Part shown: positions 9,873 through 19,065 of the stretch, piece after piece
How positions within the stretch are numbered: position 1 is the first letter of the stretch
Layout: each line of letters begins with the position of its first letter
NCBI GenBank assembly: GCA_964511375.1
Contig: CAZEEW010000001.1
Coordinates: 70,512 to 134,511, forward strand
Source of the DNA: an uncultured Gammaproteobacteria bacterium
GTDB taxonomy: Bacteria > Patescibacteriota > Patescibacteriia > Magasanikbacterales > GWA2-37-8
DNA length: 64,000 bases
Reading direction: 5' to 3'
Notes under the pieces: generated by a model
What the model saw: only the letters and a program-made list of their open reading frames with translations
Database searches by the model: none
Told to the model about the DNA's origin: nothing
Made by a program: the position numbers and the translations under genes

Positions 9873-9944
9873 GCCCCCATAGTTCAATGGATAGAACAGG
9901 TCCGTCCTAAGGACAAAATGTGCGTTCGATTCGTGCTGGGGGCA
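9873..9944 (+). tRNA. tRNA-Arg (anticodon CCT).
   Basis: I folded the cloverleaf manually. The acceptor stem is GCCCCCA/TGGGGGC. The anticodon loop is GTCCTAA and the T-loop is TTCGATT. No CCA is encoded. Confidence 0.7.
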
Positions 9945-9950
9945 CTATAT

Positions 9951-10021
9951 GGGCCTATGGTTCAGTGGTAGAACGCGGCATTCGCATTGCTGAGACGGCA
10001 GTTCGATTCTGCCTAGGTCCA
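9951..10021 (+). tRNA. tRNA-Ala (anticodon CGC).
   Basis: The acceptor stem is GGGCCTA/TAGGTCC with a G3:U70 pair, which is the alanine identity element. The anticodon loop is TTCGCAT. The T-arm is GGCAG-TTCGATT-CTGCC. Confidence 0.8.
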
Positions 10022-10043
10022 CAAGAAAAATGTGATAAATATC

Positions 10044-10073
10044 AAATTTGTATAGACTAGTCTATACAAATTT
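10044..10073. repeat. Perfect 30-bp palindrome, AAATTTGTATAGACTAGTCTATACAAATTT (copy 1 of 2).
   Basis: I verified it base by base around the central CTAG. A second near-identical copy lies at 10828-10851. Confidence 0.8.
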
Positions 10074-10091
10074 TGGATTATAGGCTGGATT

Positions 10092-10742
10092 ATGTTTAAT
10101 TTAAGCACGAAAGAGTTCAAGAAAGTCATAATTGCTCTAACAATATACCTCACTTCTCTTTTTGCAGCAAACACCCTTGGTTTGAAAGTAATGCCTTTTT
10201 TGTTTGGTACGCATTTATCTGTCGCCGTGTTTTACTTTCCTTTCGTTTTCTTAATGACTGACATAATTGGTGAGATTTATGGCAAGAAGATGGCAAGGTT
10301 ATTTGTTTTGGCCGGTTTTTTAAGTACAGCCATGTTTGTAATTTACTCGTTCTTGTCCTTGGCAATGCCTTGGTCGGCGGATGGACTTTGGGCCAAAGAA
10401 GGGTATAATTTAATGTTTGGTATTTCTATAAGGATGGCTATTGCCTCCCTTCTGGCCTTTGTCATAGCGGAATATCAGGATGTTTTTTCATTCTTCTTCT
10501 TTAAAGATAAGTGGGGGCAGAGGTTTTTTTGGCTAAGATCAATGCTAAGTAATCTCTGGTCTCAGCTTTTAGATACTGTAATATTTATGCTGGTGGCCTT
10601 TGCTGGCGTATATCCACCCAGGGTTTTGGTAAGCATAATAATTACGTGGTGGTTATATAAAGTAGCAATGGGCGCCCTGTATTCTCCCTTGTTGTACATT
10701 GGTTTAATGTTGTTTCGGACAAAAGAGGCCGGAACCGATTAG
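10092..10742 (+). CDS. yhhQ: Queuosine precursor transporter, YhhQ/DUF165 (VUT) family.
   Basis: It is a polytopic membrane protein. The conserved N-terminal region YFPFVFLMTDIIGEIYGKKMA is typical of YhhQ. Confidence 0.7.
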   Translation: MFNLSTKEFKKVIIALTIYLTSLFAANTLGLKVMPFLFGTHLSVAVFYFPFVFLMTDIIGEIYGKKMARLFVLAGFLSTAMFVIYSFLSLAMPWSADGLWAKEGYNLMFGISIRMAIASLLAFVIAEYQDVFSFFFFKDKWGQRFFWLRSMLSNLWSQLLDTVIFMLVAFAGVYPPRVLVSIIITWWLYKVAMGALYSPLLYIGLMLFRTKEAGTD

Positions 10743-10763
10743 ATGTTTCACCTGAAACAATAA

Positions 10764-10790
10764 ATACCCCAGATCTGGGGGTATTCTTGT
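10764..10790 (+). terminator. Putative terminator hairpin after yhhQ.
   Basis: The hairpin is ATACCCC-agatctg-GGGGTAT, followed by a weak T-run (TCTTGT). Confidence 0.35.
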
Positions 10791-10827
10791 GGATAAGTGT
10801 GTGTATAAGGCAGCCTAACTGTGGATG

Positions 10828-10851
10828 TTTGTATAGACTAGTGTATACAAA
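10828..10851. repeat. Copy 2 of the 24-bp palindrome, TTTGTATAGACTAGTGTATACAAA, with one mismatch.
   Basis: It matches 23 of the 24 bases at 10047-10070. It lies between the convergent yhhQ and TrmB-like genes. Confidence 0.8.
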
Positions 10852-10938
10852 TGATCAATTTTCAGACCCAGAACCTTCCGGTTCTAACCTTTCGGAAGGT
10901 GGTTTAGTCGTATACAGATAGTGTTCAACGTGAAACAA

Positions 10939-11676
10939 CTACAGTGTTTTCCACAATACACTATGGATTAGCTTAAACGATCTAGACAGAAGCTGACTAG
11001 TAATCACTGTGGCAAATACCGGCTCTTCTAAGGTAATAAGCGCTACATTGTCCCCCCAGATCAGTATGTCAGTAGGTTGATCGTTCCCATCGCTATCTGA
11101 ATCTGGTAGAAACTTCGCATCGTATAGACTGCCCAATTGTTGCTTGTTTTCTGAATAATTTGTTTCACGTGAAATAGGGGTCAGTATGTCCCTAATAACA
11201 ACATGATTCTTCTTAAACTGACTAATCAGATAATCATATGTATCCGGCATTACCTCAGACAACCGGTGCGTAGATCCAATTGCCCAAAAGCCTTCGGCTT
11301 TAGCGCATTCGTAGTAAATATTTTTTACTTCCTCAACTCCATTGTAGAACCTAATCTTTGGCTTATTTTTGTTTGCGCCAAATAAAACTCGTAGTTCTGG
11401 CACTATCTCATTTAATGAGGCTCTTCGTTTGTCGAGAGAAAGAAGTAGTGAGTTAGGGTCATTAGCATAGTAAATCCACCTACCTCCGGTGCGCTGTTTT
11501 CTAATTAGACCACTGGCCCACAAACTCTTTAGCACGTTGTATGAATTGGTTCTTGTAATCTTGGTGCCTAAGGCCACCTCGGGTGGAGTGGCTTGACCAT
11601 GTTCCACGAGAAACAAATACACCTTAATTTCTGATTTACTCAGTCCGAATTGTAATAAATTAGCCTCGAGATTCAT
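10939..11676 (-). CDS. TrmB-family transcriptional regulator.
   Basis: It has an N-terminal winged-HTH (LSKSEIKVYLFLVEHGQATPPEVALGTKITRTNSYNVLKSLWASGLI) and a C-terminal TrmB-like domain. Confidence 0.6.
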   Translation of the reverse strand: MNLEANLLQFGLSKSEIKVYLFLVEHGQATPPEVALGTKITRTNSYNVLKSLWASGLIRKQRTGGRWIYYANDPNSLLLSLDKRRASLNEIVPELRVLFGANKNKPKIRFYNGVEEVKNIYYECAKAEGFWAIGSTHRLSEVMPDTYDYLISQFKKNHVVIRDILTPISRETNYSENKQQLGSLYDAKFLPDSDSDGNDQPTDILIWGDNVALITLEEPVFATVITSQLLSRSFKLIHSVLWKTL

Positions 11677-11985
11677 ATAATATTGTCAAAAAAAATTATA
11701 CCATTTTTATAACTATATGTAAAGAAAAATATGAAAAATATATAAAAATGATATAAATATAATTGACAATAATCACATCTTCCACCAGAATACATAGTTC
11801 TGTGTGGGTTATCCAGACAGCACAAAGAGAGAGCAAGGTAGAGAAACAAATCGGCATACTCGATCGATCATTAAGATCGAGAAGTGCGGAAAGATAGATA
11901 AAACCCAGTGCTTAAATGCGCTGGTTTTTTGTTTTTAAAAAGTAAAAAATATGGTATAATGTTCAGGAAGAAACAACCAATCTAT

Positions 11986-14274
11986 ATGCACAATGACAAG
12001 ATAAAAAAAGTTATCAATTTTCTTTCGTTCTCATTGCTTTCTCTGGCTGTATTAGTAATGCCTTTTGTCGTGGATACCAGAGTGTTTAACGCTTTTAATA
12101 TTCCTAAACAAAATTTCTTTTTAGGAATGGTCTTGCTTTTGACTTTGTTGTTTCTCGTTAAATTTGCTCTAACCAAGACCATTTCTCTCCGGTTAACATT
12201 TTTAGATAAGATACTAGGAGTGTATGTTGTTCTTCTGTTGTTATCTGGAGCCTTTTCGGTCCAAAGACTAGATAGTTTTTGGGGCAGAAATGAGTATTTC
12301 ATTACCAACATCATTTTTCTGATCGGTTTGCTGTTGTATTACTATCTGTTTGTCAACACTGTTACAACCACAAAAAAATGGCATTTAATTTACGATGCAG
12401 TGGTCGTTTCTGGTGCCTTGGTCCAAATCCCTTATCTTTTTAAGGTCATATTTAAATGGTCTTTCTTACCCTTTCTAACTGAGGGAATGTGGAATTTGGT
12501 AGCAGAAAGTAATGCCGGGTTCGGTATTTTTGTAACTATAATCTTGGTTTTATCTTTAGGACAGTTGATCAAAAAGAAAACATCATACAATCGTAATCTT
12601 TTTTACATCATCGCTACTGTCTTAAGTTTGGCTACCTTGTCTACTATTAGCTTCTCGTTAATTTGGTGGTTGGTAGTAGCTGCAGTTGGATTGCTACTTT
12701 TACTCGGAATTAATTTTTTACAAGAAGCGAGGTTGGTAACCTTGACTGGCATGTTTCTGATTTTAGTTGCCGGCATCGCCACTTTAATTTTTGGTTCACC
12801 AAAGTTTCTGAAAGCCCCGTTGCCCCAAGAAGCGTTTTTAAGTCCGAGTGCCTCTTGGCAGGTGGCAGAAAACACAATGTTTAAGAATGTTAAAAACTTT
12901 GTGTTTGGTAGTGGACCAGGTACGTTTAGTGTGGATTTCTCTGAATTCCGTGAAGCAGGGTTTAATAACGATGCTCTGGCCTGGTCAGCTCGTTTCAGTA
13001 ATCCATTTAATACCATCTTTGCTTTTGTTGCCGAGAACGGTTTGGCTTTTTCCGCGCTATTTATAATTTTGACTCTTGTAATTTTAGGGTATGTTTCCGT
13101 TTACTGGATAAAGTTGCGAGGTGGGGCGTGGCATCAGAGCTTCGGAGAAGTGGTCGGCTACCGCACGGATTTACGGCTTGAACTTTTAGTTTCATCAATC
13201 GCCTGGGTTATGTTAACCACCACACTTTTCCTACATTTTTTCAAACCAGTTCTTTGGTTCTTGTGGTGGACACTTACGGCCTTGATTATAACTGGTTTAA
13301 GCTTTTATCGTGAAAATATTGTCCGCGAGAAGAAATGGGAAATTGAAAATCGTCCTGAGCACAGCTTGTCGTTTTCTTTCGCGGTCATAATCGTTGTTGC
13401 CCTAATAATTGTGACAAGTGTTTTTGGTGCCCGAATGTATAAAGGAGAACTGGTATATGCCGCTGCTTTACGCGAATCTAAAGTCAGTGAAGCTATCCAG
13501 CAATTAAATACCGCCATTAGGTTACGCCCGAGCACTGACGTGTATTATGCAGCGTTGGCACAGGCTTATTTATCCGAAGCAGTGGAAAAAGCCAAAGAAA
13601 AAGAACCACATCGTGAGGAAGTAGCGGCATCCCTCGGAAGTGCGGTCAATTCGGCGCGCGTCGCTACTGATCTTTCTCCGAAAATGGTTGGACTTTGGGA
13701 AAATTTAGGAACCATGTATGAGAACGCTGCTGTTATGGTGCCTGAGGCCTATACTTGGAGTCTAAAAGCCTGGACCTCAGCCAAGGTTCTAGAACCGACT
13801 AATCCAGTAATTGCCTGGCGACTTGGTCGGATTAATCTCGCTCTCGGTAATAACGAAGAGGCAGCCAAAAATTTTCAAGAAGCCATCAATTTAAAAGCTG
13901 ACCTGCTTGGTGCTTATCTGGGTTTAGCAATCGCCGAAGAGCGGTTAGAAAAAACTTCTGAAGCTTTGAAGACCTATGAAACTCTCCTGACCCTGAACCC
14001 ACAAAATCCCGAGGCCCTGTTTAATTATGGTCGAGTACTGTATAACCGCAACGCCAAAGGAGATCGAAAGGCGGCTGAACAAGCTTGGCTTTTAGCGATC
14101 AAGTTACAACCTAATTATTCTAATGCACTGTACAGTCTTGCTAATTACTATGAAACAAAAGGAGACAAGTCAATGGCTTTGAAATATTATTATGAGGTGC
14201 GCGATTTGAACCCAGATAATAAAGATATTCTGAAAAAGATTAAGTCATTAGCTCCTGCGCCTGAAAAAAAATAG
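11986..14274 (+). CDS. Polytopic membrane protein with an O-antigen-ligase-like (Wzy_C) core and C-terminal TPR repeats.
   Basis: It has at least ten transmembrane helices followed by TPR-like repeats (AYLGLAIAEERLEKTSEALKTYETLL...). The annotated start at 11908 overlaps an upstream hairpin, T-tract and -10 box, so I prefer an internal Met (11986 or 11959). Confidence 0.6.
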   Translation: MHNDKIKKVINFLSFSLLSLAVLVMPFVVDTRVFNAFNIPKQNFFLGMVLLLTLLFLVKFALTKTISLRLTFLDKILGVYVVLLLLSGAFSVQRLDSFWGRNEYFITNIIFLIGLLLYYYLFVNTVTTTKKWHLIYDAVVVSGALVQIPYLFKVIFKWSFLPFLTEGMWNLVAESNAGFGIFVTIILVLSLGQLIKKKTSYNRNLFYIIATVLSLATLSTISFSLIWWLVVAAVGLLLLLGINFLQEARLVTLTGMFLILVAGIATLIFGSPKFLKAPLPQEAFLSPSASWQVAENTMFKNVKNFVFGSGPGTFSVDFSEFREAGFNNDALAWSARFSNPFNTIFAFVAENGLAFSALFIILTLVILGYVSVYWIKLRGGAWHQSFGEVVGYRTDLRLELLVSSIAWVMLTTTLFLHFFKPVLWFLWWTLTALIITGLSFYRENIVREKKWEIENRPEHSLSFSFAVIIVVALIIVTSVFGARMYKGELVYAAALRESKVSEAIQQLNTAIRLRPSTDVYYAALAQAYLSEAVEKAKEKEPHREEVAASLGSAVNSARVATDLSPKMVGLWENLGTMYENAAVMVPEAYTWSLKAWTSAKVLEPTNPVIAWRLGRINLALGNNEEAAKNFQEAINLKADLLGAYLGLAIAEERLEKTSEALKTYETLLTLNPQNPEALFNYGRVLYNRNAKGDRKAAEQAWLLAIKLQPNYSNALYSLANYYETKGDKSMALKYYYEVRDLNPDNKDILKKIKSLAPAPEKK

Positions 14275-14275
14275 T

Positions 14276-14926
14276 ATGGTTCTAAAGAAATTTTTATTAA
14301 TATTTTTCTTAAGCACAACAACTATTTTTTGTTTTCCGGCCATTGGCAACACCACAATGACCTCGACTAATTATACAATTGAGTCAGATGTGGTTGGTTT
14401 CGGCGGTGATATTTCTAGTAGTACTGGAGATACGTATTCATTGTATGATACCGCCGGAGACAATGCTCCAGGCACTTCGACCAGCACAACTTACACTATT
14501 AATGCTGGTTTTCGGGCGATGGATGGTGGAAGTTCTATTAGTCTCACCATTGGTAACTCCTCGCTTTCTTTTGGAACTCTTTCCGCCGCCTCTGTCTCTT
14601 CAGTTTCTACAGACGTCGATGTTACTGTTACTTCAGATACTGGCTATTCTTTATCTGTTAGTAGCCAATCGGGAAGCCTTTGGACGACATTAACTGGCTC
14701 AGTTGATGCTGGGAGTCAGGAGTTCGGTGTTTTGGTAAGTGGGACTGATCAGGCGTTTGCTGGTACTGCCGCATTAAGCAATGGTTTAGTATTAGCGAGT
14801 AACAACTCGGCTATTACGAGTGAAACACGCACTACTGCTTTAAGTTTCCAGGTAGCCATGTCTAGCGCGACCGCATCAGGGTCATACACTAAAAGCATAA
14901 CTTTAACCGCCTCGGCTAATCCATAA
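14276..14926 (+). CDS. Secreted Ser/Thr-rich protein, the first gene of the surface-protein cluster.
   Basis: It has a signal peptide and low-complexity S/T-rich beta-like composition. Confidence 0.5.
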   Translation: MVLKKFLLIFFLSTTTIFCFPAIGNTTMTSTNYTIESDVVGFGGDISSSTGDTYSLYDTAGDNAPGTSTSTTYTINAGFRAMDGGSSISLTIGNSSLSFGTLSAASVSSVSTDVDVTVTSDTGYSLSVSSQSGSLWTTLTGSVDAGSQEFGVLVSGTDQAFAGTAALSNGLVLASNNSAITSETRTTALSFQVAMSSATASGSYTKSITLTASANP

Positions 14927-14928
14927 AT

Positions 14929-15795
14929 ATGAAAAGGATTGGGTTAATAATTTTATTTTGCCTTTTTTTCATACCAGCCAATACTCAGGCTGTCAGTGTG
15001 AGTCCGGTTAGAACTGTTATTACAGTTGACCCCGGAGAAAGTAATACAGTGTCGATAAAGGTGGCCAATAATACTGATGCTGAGAGGAATTATGAACTCC
15101 GCACCCTGTCTTTTTCCGAGAGCGAGCAAGGGCAAGTGATTTATGGGTATGGAGTTCAGGAAGCAGAAAAATGGCTTAAACCAAGACAAGAAAAAATTGT
15201 TTTAAAAGTCAACGAGAGTAAAACGATAGACTTTTTAGTTAAGATCCCGAGCGGTGTACCCGCCGGTTCGTACTATTTAGCTTTGGCCGCTAAAGAATTG
15301 GGAAAGGAATCAGGTAATTTAGGGGTGGGGGCAGAAGTAGCGAGTCTGCTGATCCTGCAGGTTGCCGGAGAGGTTAAAGAGGAGCTGGTTGTCAAAGAAA
15401 TTAATTCTGAACGATCTATATATTTTTCTAAGCCCTGGAAATTAGAATTAAGCTTAAAAAATTTAACCCCAGTAGAAGTACCAGTTAAGGGCCGTGTGTA
15501 TTTAAAAGATCCAATGGGTGAACTGGTTGCGGCTAAAGACCTGGCCCTCGGCCGAGATATTTTGGCTAGATCGGAGCGGAGAATTCAGACTGTACTTTGG
15601 GAAAATGCTAGTCTGGTTTTACCAGGCAAATACCGTGTTAGTATTATTATTGACTACGGAAAAACCAATGGACAAATCGCTCAAGAAGTATTTGTTTGGT
15701 ATTTTCCAATATGGTTTGTCGTTGCCGGGCCAATAGTTATAATTTTACTGGTTAGTCTTACAATTTTAAAAAAGCGAAATAAAAAGAATGCGTAA
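14929..15795 (+). CDS. Secreted protein with a C-terminal transmembrane anchor, with a DUF916/DUF3324-like architecture.
   Basis: It has an N-terminal signal peptide and a C-terminal hydrophobic helix followed by KKRNKKNA. Confidence 0.45.
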   Translation: MKRIGLIILFCLFFIPANTQAVSVSPVRTVITVDPGESNTVSIKVANNTDAERNYELRTLSFSESEQGQVIYGYGVQEAEKWLKPRQEKIVLKVNESKTIDFLVKIPSGVPAGSYYLALAAKELGKESGNLGVGAEVASLLILQVAGEVKEELVVKEINSERSIYFSKPWKLELSLKNLTPVEVPVKGRVYLKDPMGELVAAKDLALGRDILARSERRIQTVLWENASLVLPGKYRVSIIIDYGKTNGQIAQEVFVWYFPIWFVVAGPIVIILLVSLTILKKRNKKNA

Positions 15796-18700
15796 GTTTT
15801 GGTTAAAACTGTTTTTAGTTTTTTTAGTTGGGAGTGGAATTCTCACCGGCCTTTTATTTTTCGCCAGTACTTCTTTAAGCCAAAGTAGTGGCATTACTTT
15901 AGATGCTACTGTTCCGTCAACCGGTGGAGGAGGTGACCCGCCCAATCCAGGCGATACCACCCCGCCGACCATCTCGAACGTTGGGTCGAGTAGTATTTCT
16001 CAAACGGGCGCTGTTGTTACTTGGACAGCGACGGATAATACTTTGTTGACTGGTTGTTCGTTTGCTTATGGAGAAAGCTATGGCAGTTCGGTGACGCCAT
16101 CTAATAACGGCAGTAATTTTACGGCGTCATTATCTGGTTTGGTAGCCAATACATTATATAATTTTCGAATCACTTGCACTGATTCAAGTAGTAACTCAGC
16201 TCAACAAACTGGTAGTTTCCAAACTTTGCCGCTCCAAGACACCACCCCGCCGGTTATTTCTAACATTCTCGCCACACCAAGCGTGCGCAGCAGTGTTATA
16301 ACCTGGGACACCAACGAGGCGGCAGATAACCAGGTAGATTTTGGGCTAACCACTAGCTATGGGCAGAGCGTTAATGACGTTAATCTTCTTTTAAGCCATA
16401 GTCTAACTTTAAACGGACTCCTACCTGGTACATTGTATAATTACCGAGTGATTAGTGCTGACGCTAGTGGTAATCGGGCTACATCAGTGAACCAAACCTT
16501 CACTACTTTGAATGATACCGTCCCACCAGCTGAGGCGAGTAATTATACTTTAACCACGACCACCAACTCGATTGTATTAAATTGGACTAATCCTGTAGAT
16601 ACGGATTTTTCAAAAGTCATTTTAGTCCGGAAGATCGGCAGTCGCTCGAATACACCAACCGACGGCACAGTAATTTACGAGGGAGCGAATAGTACGAAAA
16701 CCGATACCAATATTCAAGTAAATGTAACTTATTTTTATACACTTTTCTCTTTTGACACCTCTAATAATCGTAGCAATGGTATTTTCTTGTCAGGCAAAAT
16801 TAACCCTCCGCAGAATGTTGAAGTGTGTACTAATGGCGTTGATGACGATGGTGACAACAAGATTGACTGTGCTGATTCAGATTGTTCACTTGCCGAGAAC
16901 TGTGTGCATCGGGATGAGATTTGTAATAACGGTGTAGATGATGATCGAGACACAAAAATTGATTGCGCTGACAGTGATTGCGCGAATAACATTGCCTGTC
17001 GTGTCCCTACTCCGGAAATATGTAATAACAGTGTAGACGACGATGAAGATGGAAAAGTCGATTGTGCAGATAATGATTGTTCTCAGTCTAGTTATTGCCA
17101 ACCAGCTGCAACAGAGATTTGTAATAATGGGCAAGACGACGACAATGACGGAATGATAGATTGTGCCGATAGTAATTGCAGCGCTTTTCCAGGTTGCGCT
17201 GAATCCCCGGGCGGAAGCAGTGCATGTAATAATGGAAGAGATGATGATGGGGATGCTAAAGTGGATTACCCGAATGATCCTGGCTGCACTTCAATAGATG
17301 ATAATGATGAATATAACCCGCCAGACGAAAATGTGCCATCGTCTTTAAGACTCGAGCTGTCTTCGTTGGAATTTTTTGCCGGTTTAAGAAATATTAGTAT
17401 ACCCTGGCGCAACAAAAGTATAGCTAGCCTTGCCAACTCCCGTGCTTACTTGCGTATTAACACTAATGCCTTCACAACTCGGCCAGAAAAAGTAACTTTT
17501 TATACGGCTTCGAATAAGTATGAATTGGCCCTAAGTAATAATTATTACTTGGTTGATTTTACTTTCCCCAAAGCCGGTGTCCATGACTCCTATTTAGAGT
17601 TAAATTACGGTGCTGGCCAAAACGATTCATTATCTTTTGTTTTAAACAGTTTGCCTGCTGGTCTTGTAACCGGTGATGAGAACAAACCTTTAGCTGGCGC
17701 ACGAGTTACAATAAGTCCGCGCGGTAGTGGAAGTTCATCAGCCGAAAATTATGGCCAAAACAGTCAATTAGTAACCGACGTCAATGGTCTTTATGGTTGG
17801 GTCATGCCGGTTGGTTTTTATGAACTAAAAATTACTAAAGAAGGATATTACGAAGAAACTAAAGTACTAAAAGTAGATAATAACATTGTTAATGAAAACA
17901 TTTCCTTAGTGTTGAAACCAAAAAAACTGGAAGATGTAATCGACCCCAAAGCTGGTTTAACTGAAAACATTTCAAACGTCGCAAAAAATATTGGTCAAAA
18001 AAGTAGTGCTACTCTTAAGAGAGGTATTAAATCGGCGGAAAATGTCGTTAAAGACATTGATCGAGCAAAAGAAAATCCGGAAGTGCAGAAGGTGACTAGA
18101 GAAGTGGTTGCTCCTGGTACGACGGCTGTAGTAGCAGTTGGTGCCGTACCGTTAATTTCTTGGGGAAGCATTTGGCCGTTGCTTCGCTTTATCTTTTTGC
18201 AGCCAACCCTTCTTTTGGGAAGAAAAAAACGTCAAGCTTGGGGCGTAGTTTACAATGCGTTAAACAAATTACCACTTGATCTGGTTATCGTGCGTCTTTT
18301 AGACGCACAAACTAAAAAAGTTTTGCAAACCAAAGTTACGGATAAACAAGGTCGCTTTATTTTTTGGGCTGAGCCAGGCGAATATCTGATTGAAGCGCAG
18401 AAAGGGTCGATGAAGTTTCCTTCCGCCCTTCTTAGTGGTTATGAACAAGATGGCCGGAAAGGAGATATTTACCATGGTGAGAAAATTGTGGTATCTCAAG
18501 AAGAGGCTAATATATCACCAAATATACCGCTTGATCCGGGCGGAGTGTTAAAAACCCCAACTCGTTTAAGGTGGGAAAAATTTGGTCGCGCCGTGCAAAA
18601 TATTTTGGCCTGGTTAGGTTTAATTGTAACAGCCGCATCACTATATATCACACTGGTGTGGTATATGTGGTTCCTCCTTGTTGTGCATGTGGTATTGTTC

Positions 18701-19036
18701 CTGCTCTTTAAACGTTTGGCAGTACCACCAAAACCAAGAAATTGGGGCATGGTTGCTGACGCCGACACCAAGTCACCGCTTCGGCAGGTAGTGGCGAGGC
18801 TCTTTAGCGCTCAATTTAACAAATTAGTAGCGACTGAAGTTACTGATCGTAGAGGTCGTTACAATTTCCTGGTCGGTGATGGGGAATATTATGTTACCTA
18901 TGATAAAGCTGAATACTTGCCACACAAAACTAATGTGATAGATACAAGCAGGGAAGAAGAAAAGATATTAGCTAAAAATATTGTTTTGAAAAAGAAAGAA
19001 AATACATTATCCACAATAGAAAAAACCAGCGAATAG
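15788..19036 (+). CDS. Giant surface protein of 1082 aa.
   Basis: Starting from a signal peptide, it carries about three FN3-like modules (TWTATDNT..., ITWDTNEAADN...). These are followed by five tandem C.NG.DDD.DG.(I/V)DC.D.DC repeats of the putative metal-binding MopE type, CarboxypepD_reg-like segments (TDVNGLYGW..FYELKITKEGYYE), and internal transmembrane helices. Confidence 0.7.
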   Translation: MRKFWLKLFLVFLVGSGILTGLLFFASTSLSQSSGITLDATVPSTGGGGDPPNPGDTTPPTISNVGSSSISQTGAVVTWTATDNTLLTGCSFAYGESYGSSVTPSNNGSNFTASLSGLVANTLYNFRITCTDSSSNSAQQTGSFQTLPLQDTTPPVISNILATPSVRSSVITWDTNEAADNQVDFGLTTSYGQSVNDVNLLLSHSLTLNGLLPGTLYNYRVISADASGNRATSVNQTFTTLNDTVPPAEASNYTLTTTTNSIVLNWTNPVDTDFSKVILVRKIGSRSNTPTDGTVIYEGANSTKTDTNIQVNVTYFYTLFSFDTSNNRSNGIFLSGKINPPQNVEVCTNGVDDDGDNKIDCADSDCSLAENCVHRDEICNNGVDDDRDTKIDCADSDCANNIACRVPTPEICNNSVDDDEDGKVDCADNDCSQSSYCQPAATEICNNGQDDDNDGMIDCADSNCSAFPGCAESPGGSSACNNGRDDDGDAKVDYPNDPGCTSIDDNDEYNPPDENVPSSLRLELSSLEFFAGLRNISIPWRNKSIASLANSRAYLRINTNAFTTRPEKVTFYTASNKYELALSNNYYLVDFTFPKAGVHDSYLELNYGAGQNDSLSFVLNSLPAGLVTGDENKPLAGARVTISPRGSGSSSAENYGQNSQLVTDVNGLYGWVMPVGFYELKITKEGYYEETKVLKVDNNIVNENISLVLKPKKLEDVIDPKAGLTENISNVAKNIGQKSSATLKRGIKSAENVVKDIDRAKENPEVQKVTREVVAPGTTAVVAVGAVPLISWGSIWPLLRFIFLQPTLLLGRKKRQAWGVVYNALNKLPLDLVIVRLLDAQTKKVLQTKVTDKQGRFIFWAEPGEYLIEAQKGSMKFPSALLSGYEQDGRKGDIYHGEKIVVSQEEANISPNIPLDPGGVLKTPTRLRWEKFGRAVQNILAWLGLIVTAASLYITLVWYMWFLLVVHVVLFLLFKRLAVPPKPRNWGMVADADTKSPLRQVVARLFSAQFNKLVATEVTDRRGRYNFLVGDGEYYVTYDKAEYLPHKTNVIDTSREEEKILAKNIVLKKKENTLSTIEKTSE

Positions 19037-19065
19037 TAGTATAATAATATAGAATAGAAGAGATT

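Noticed and set aside
11908-11985. The annotated 5' extension of the O-antigen-ligase-like ORF.
   Set aside because: It overlaps a terminator-like hairpin, a T-tract and the probable -10 box. I prefer an internal start.
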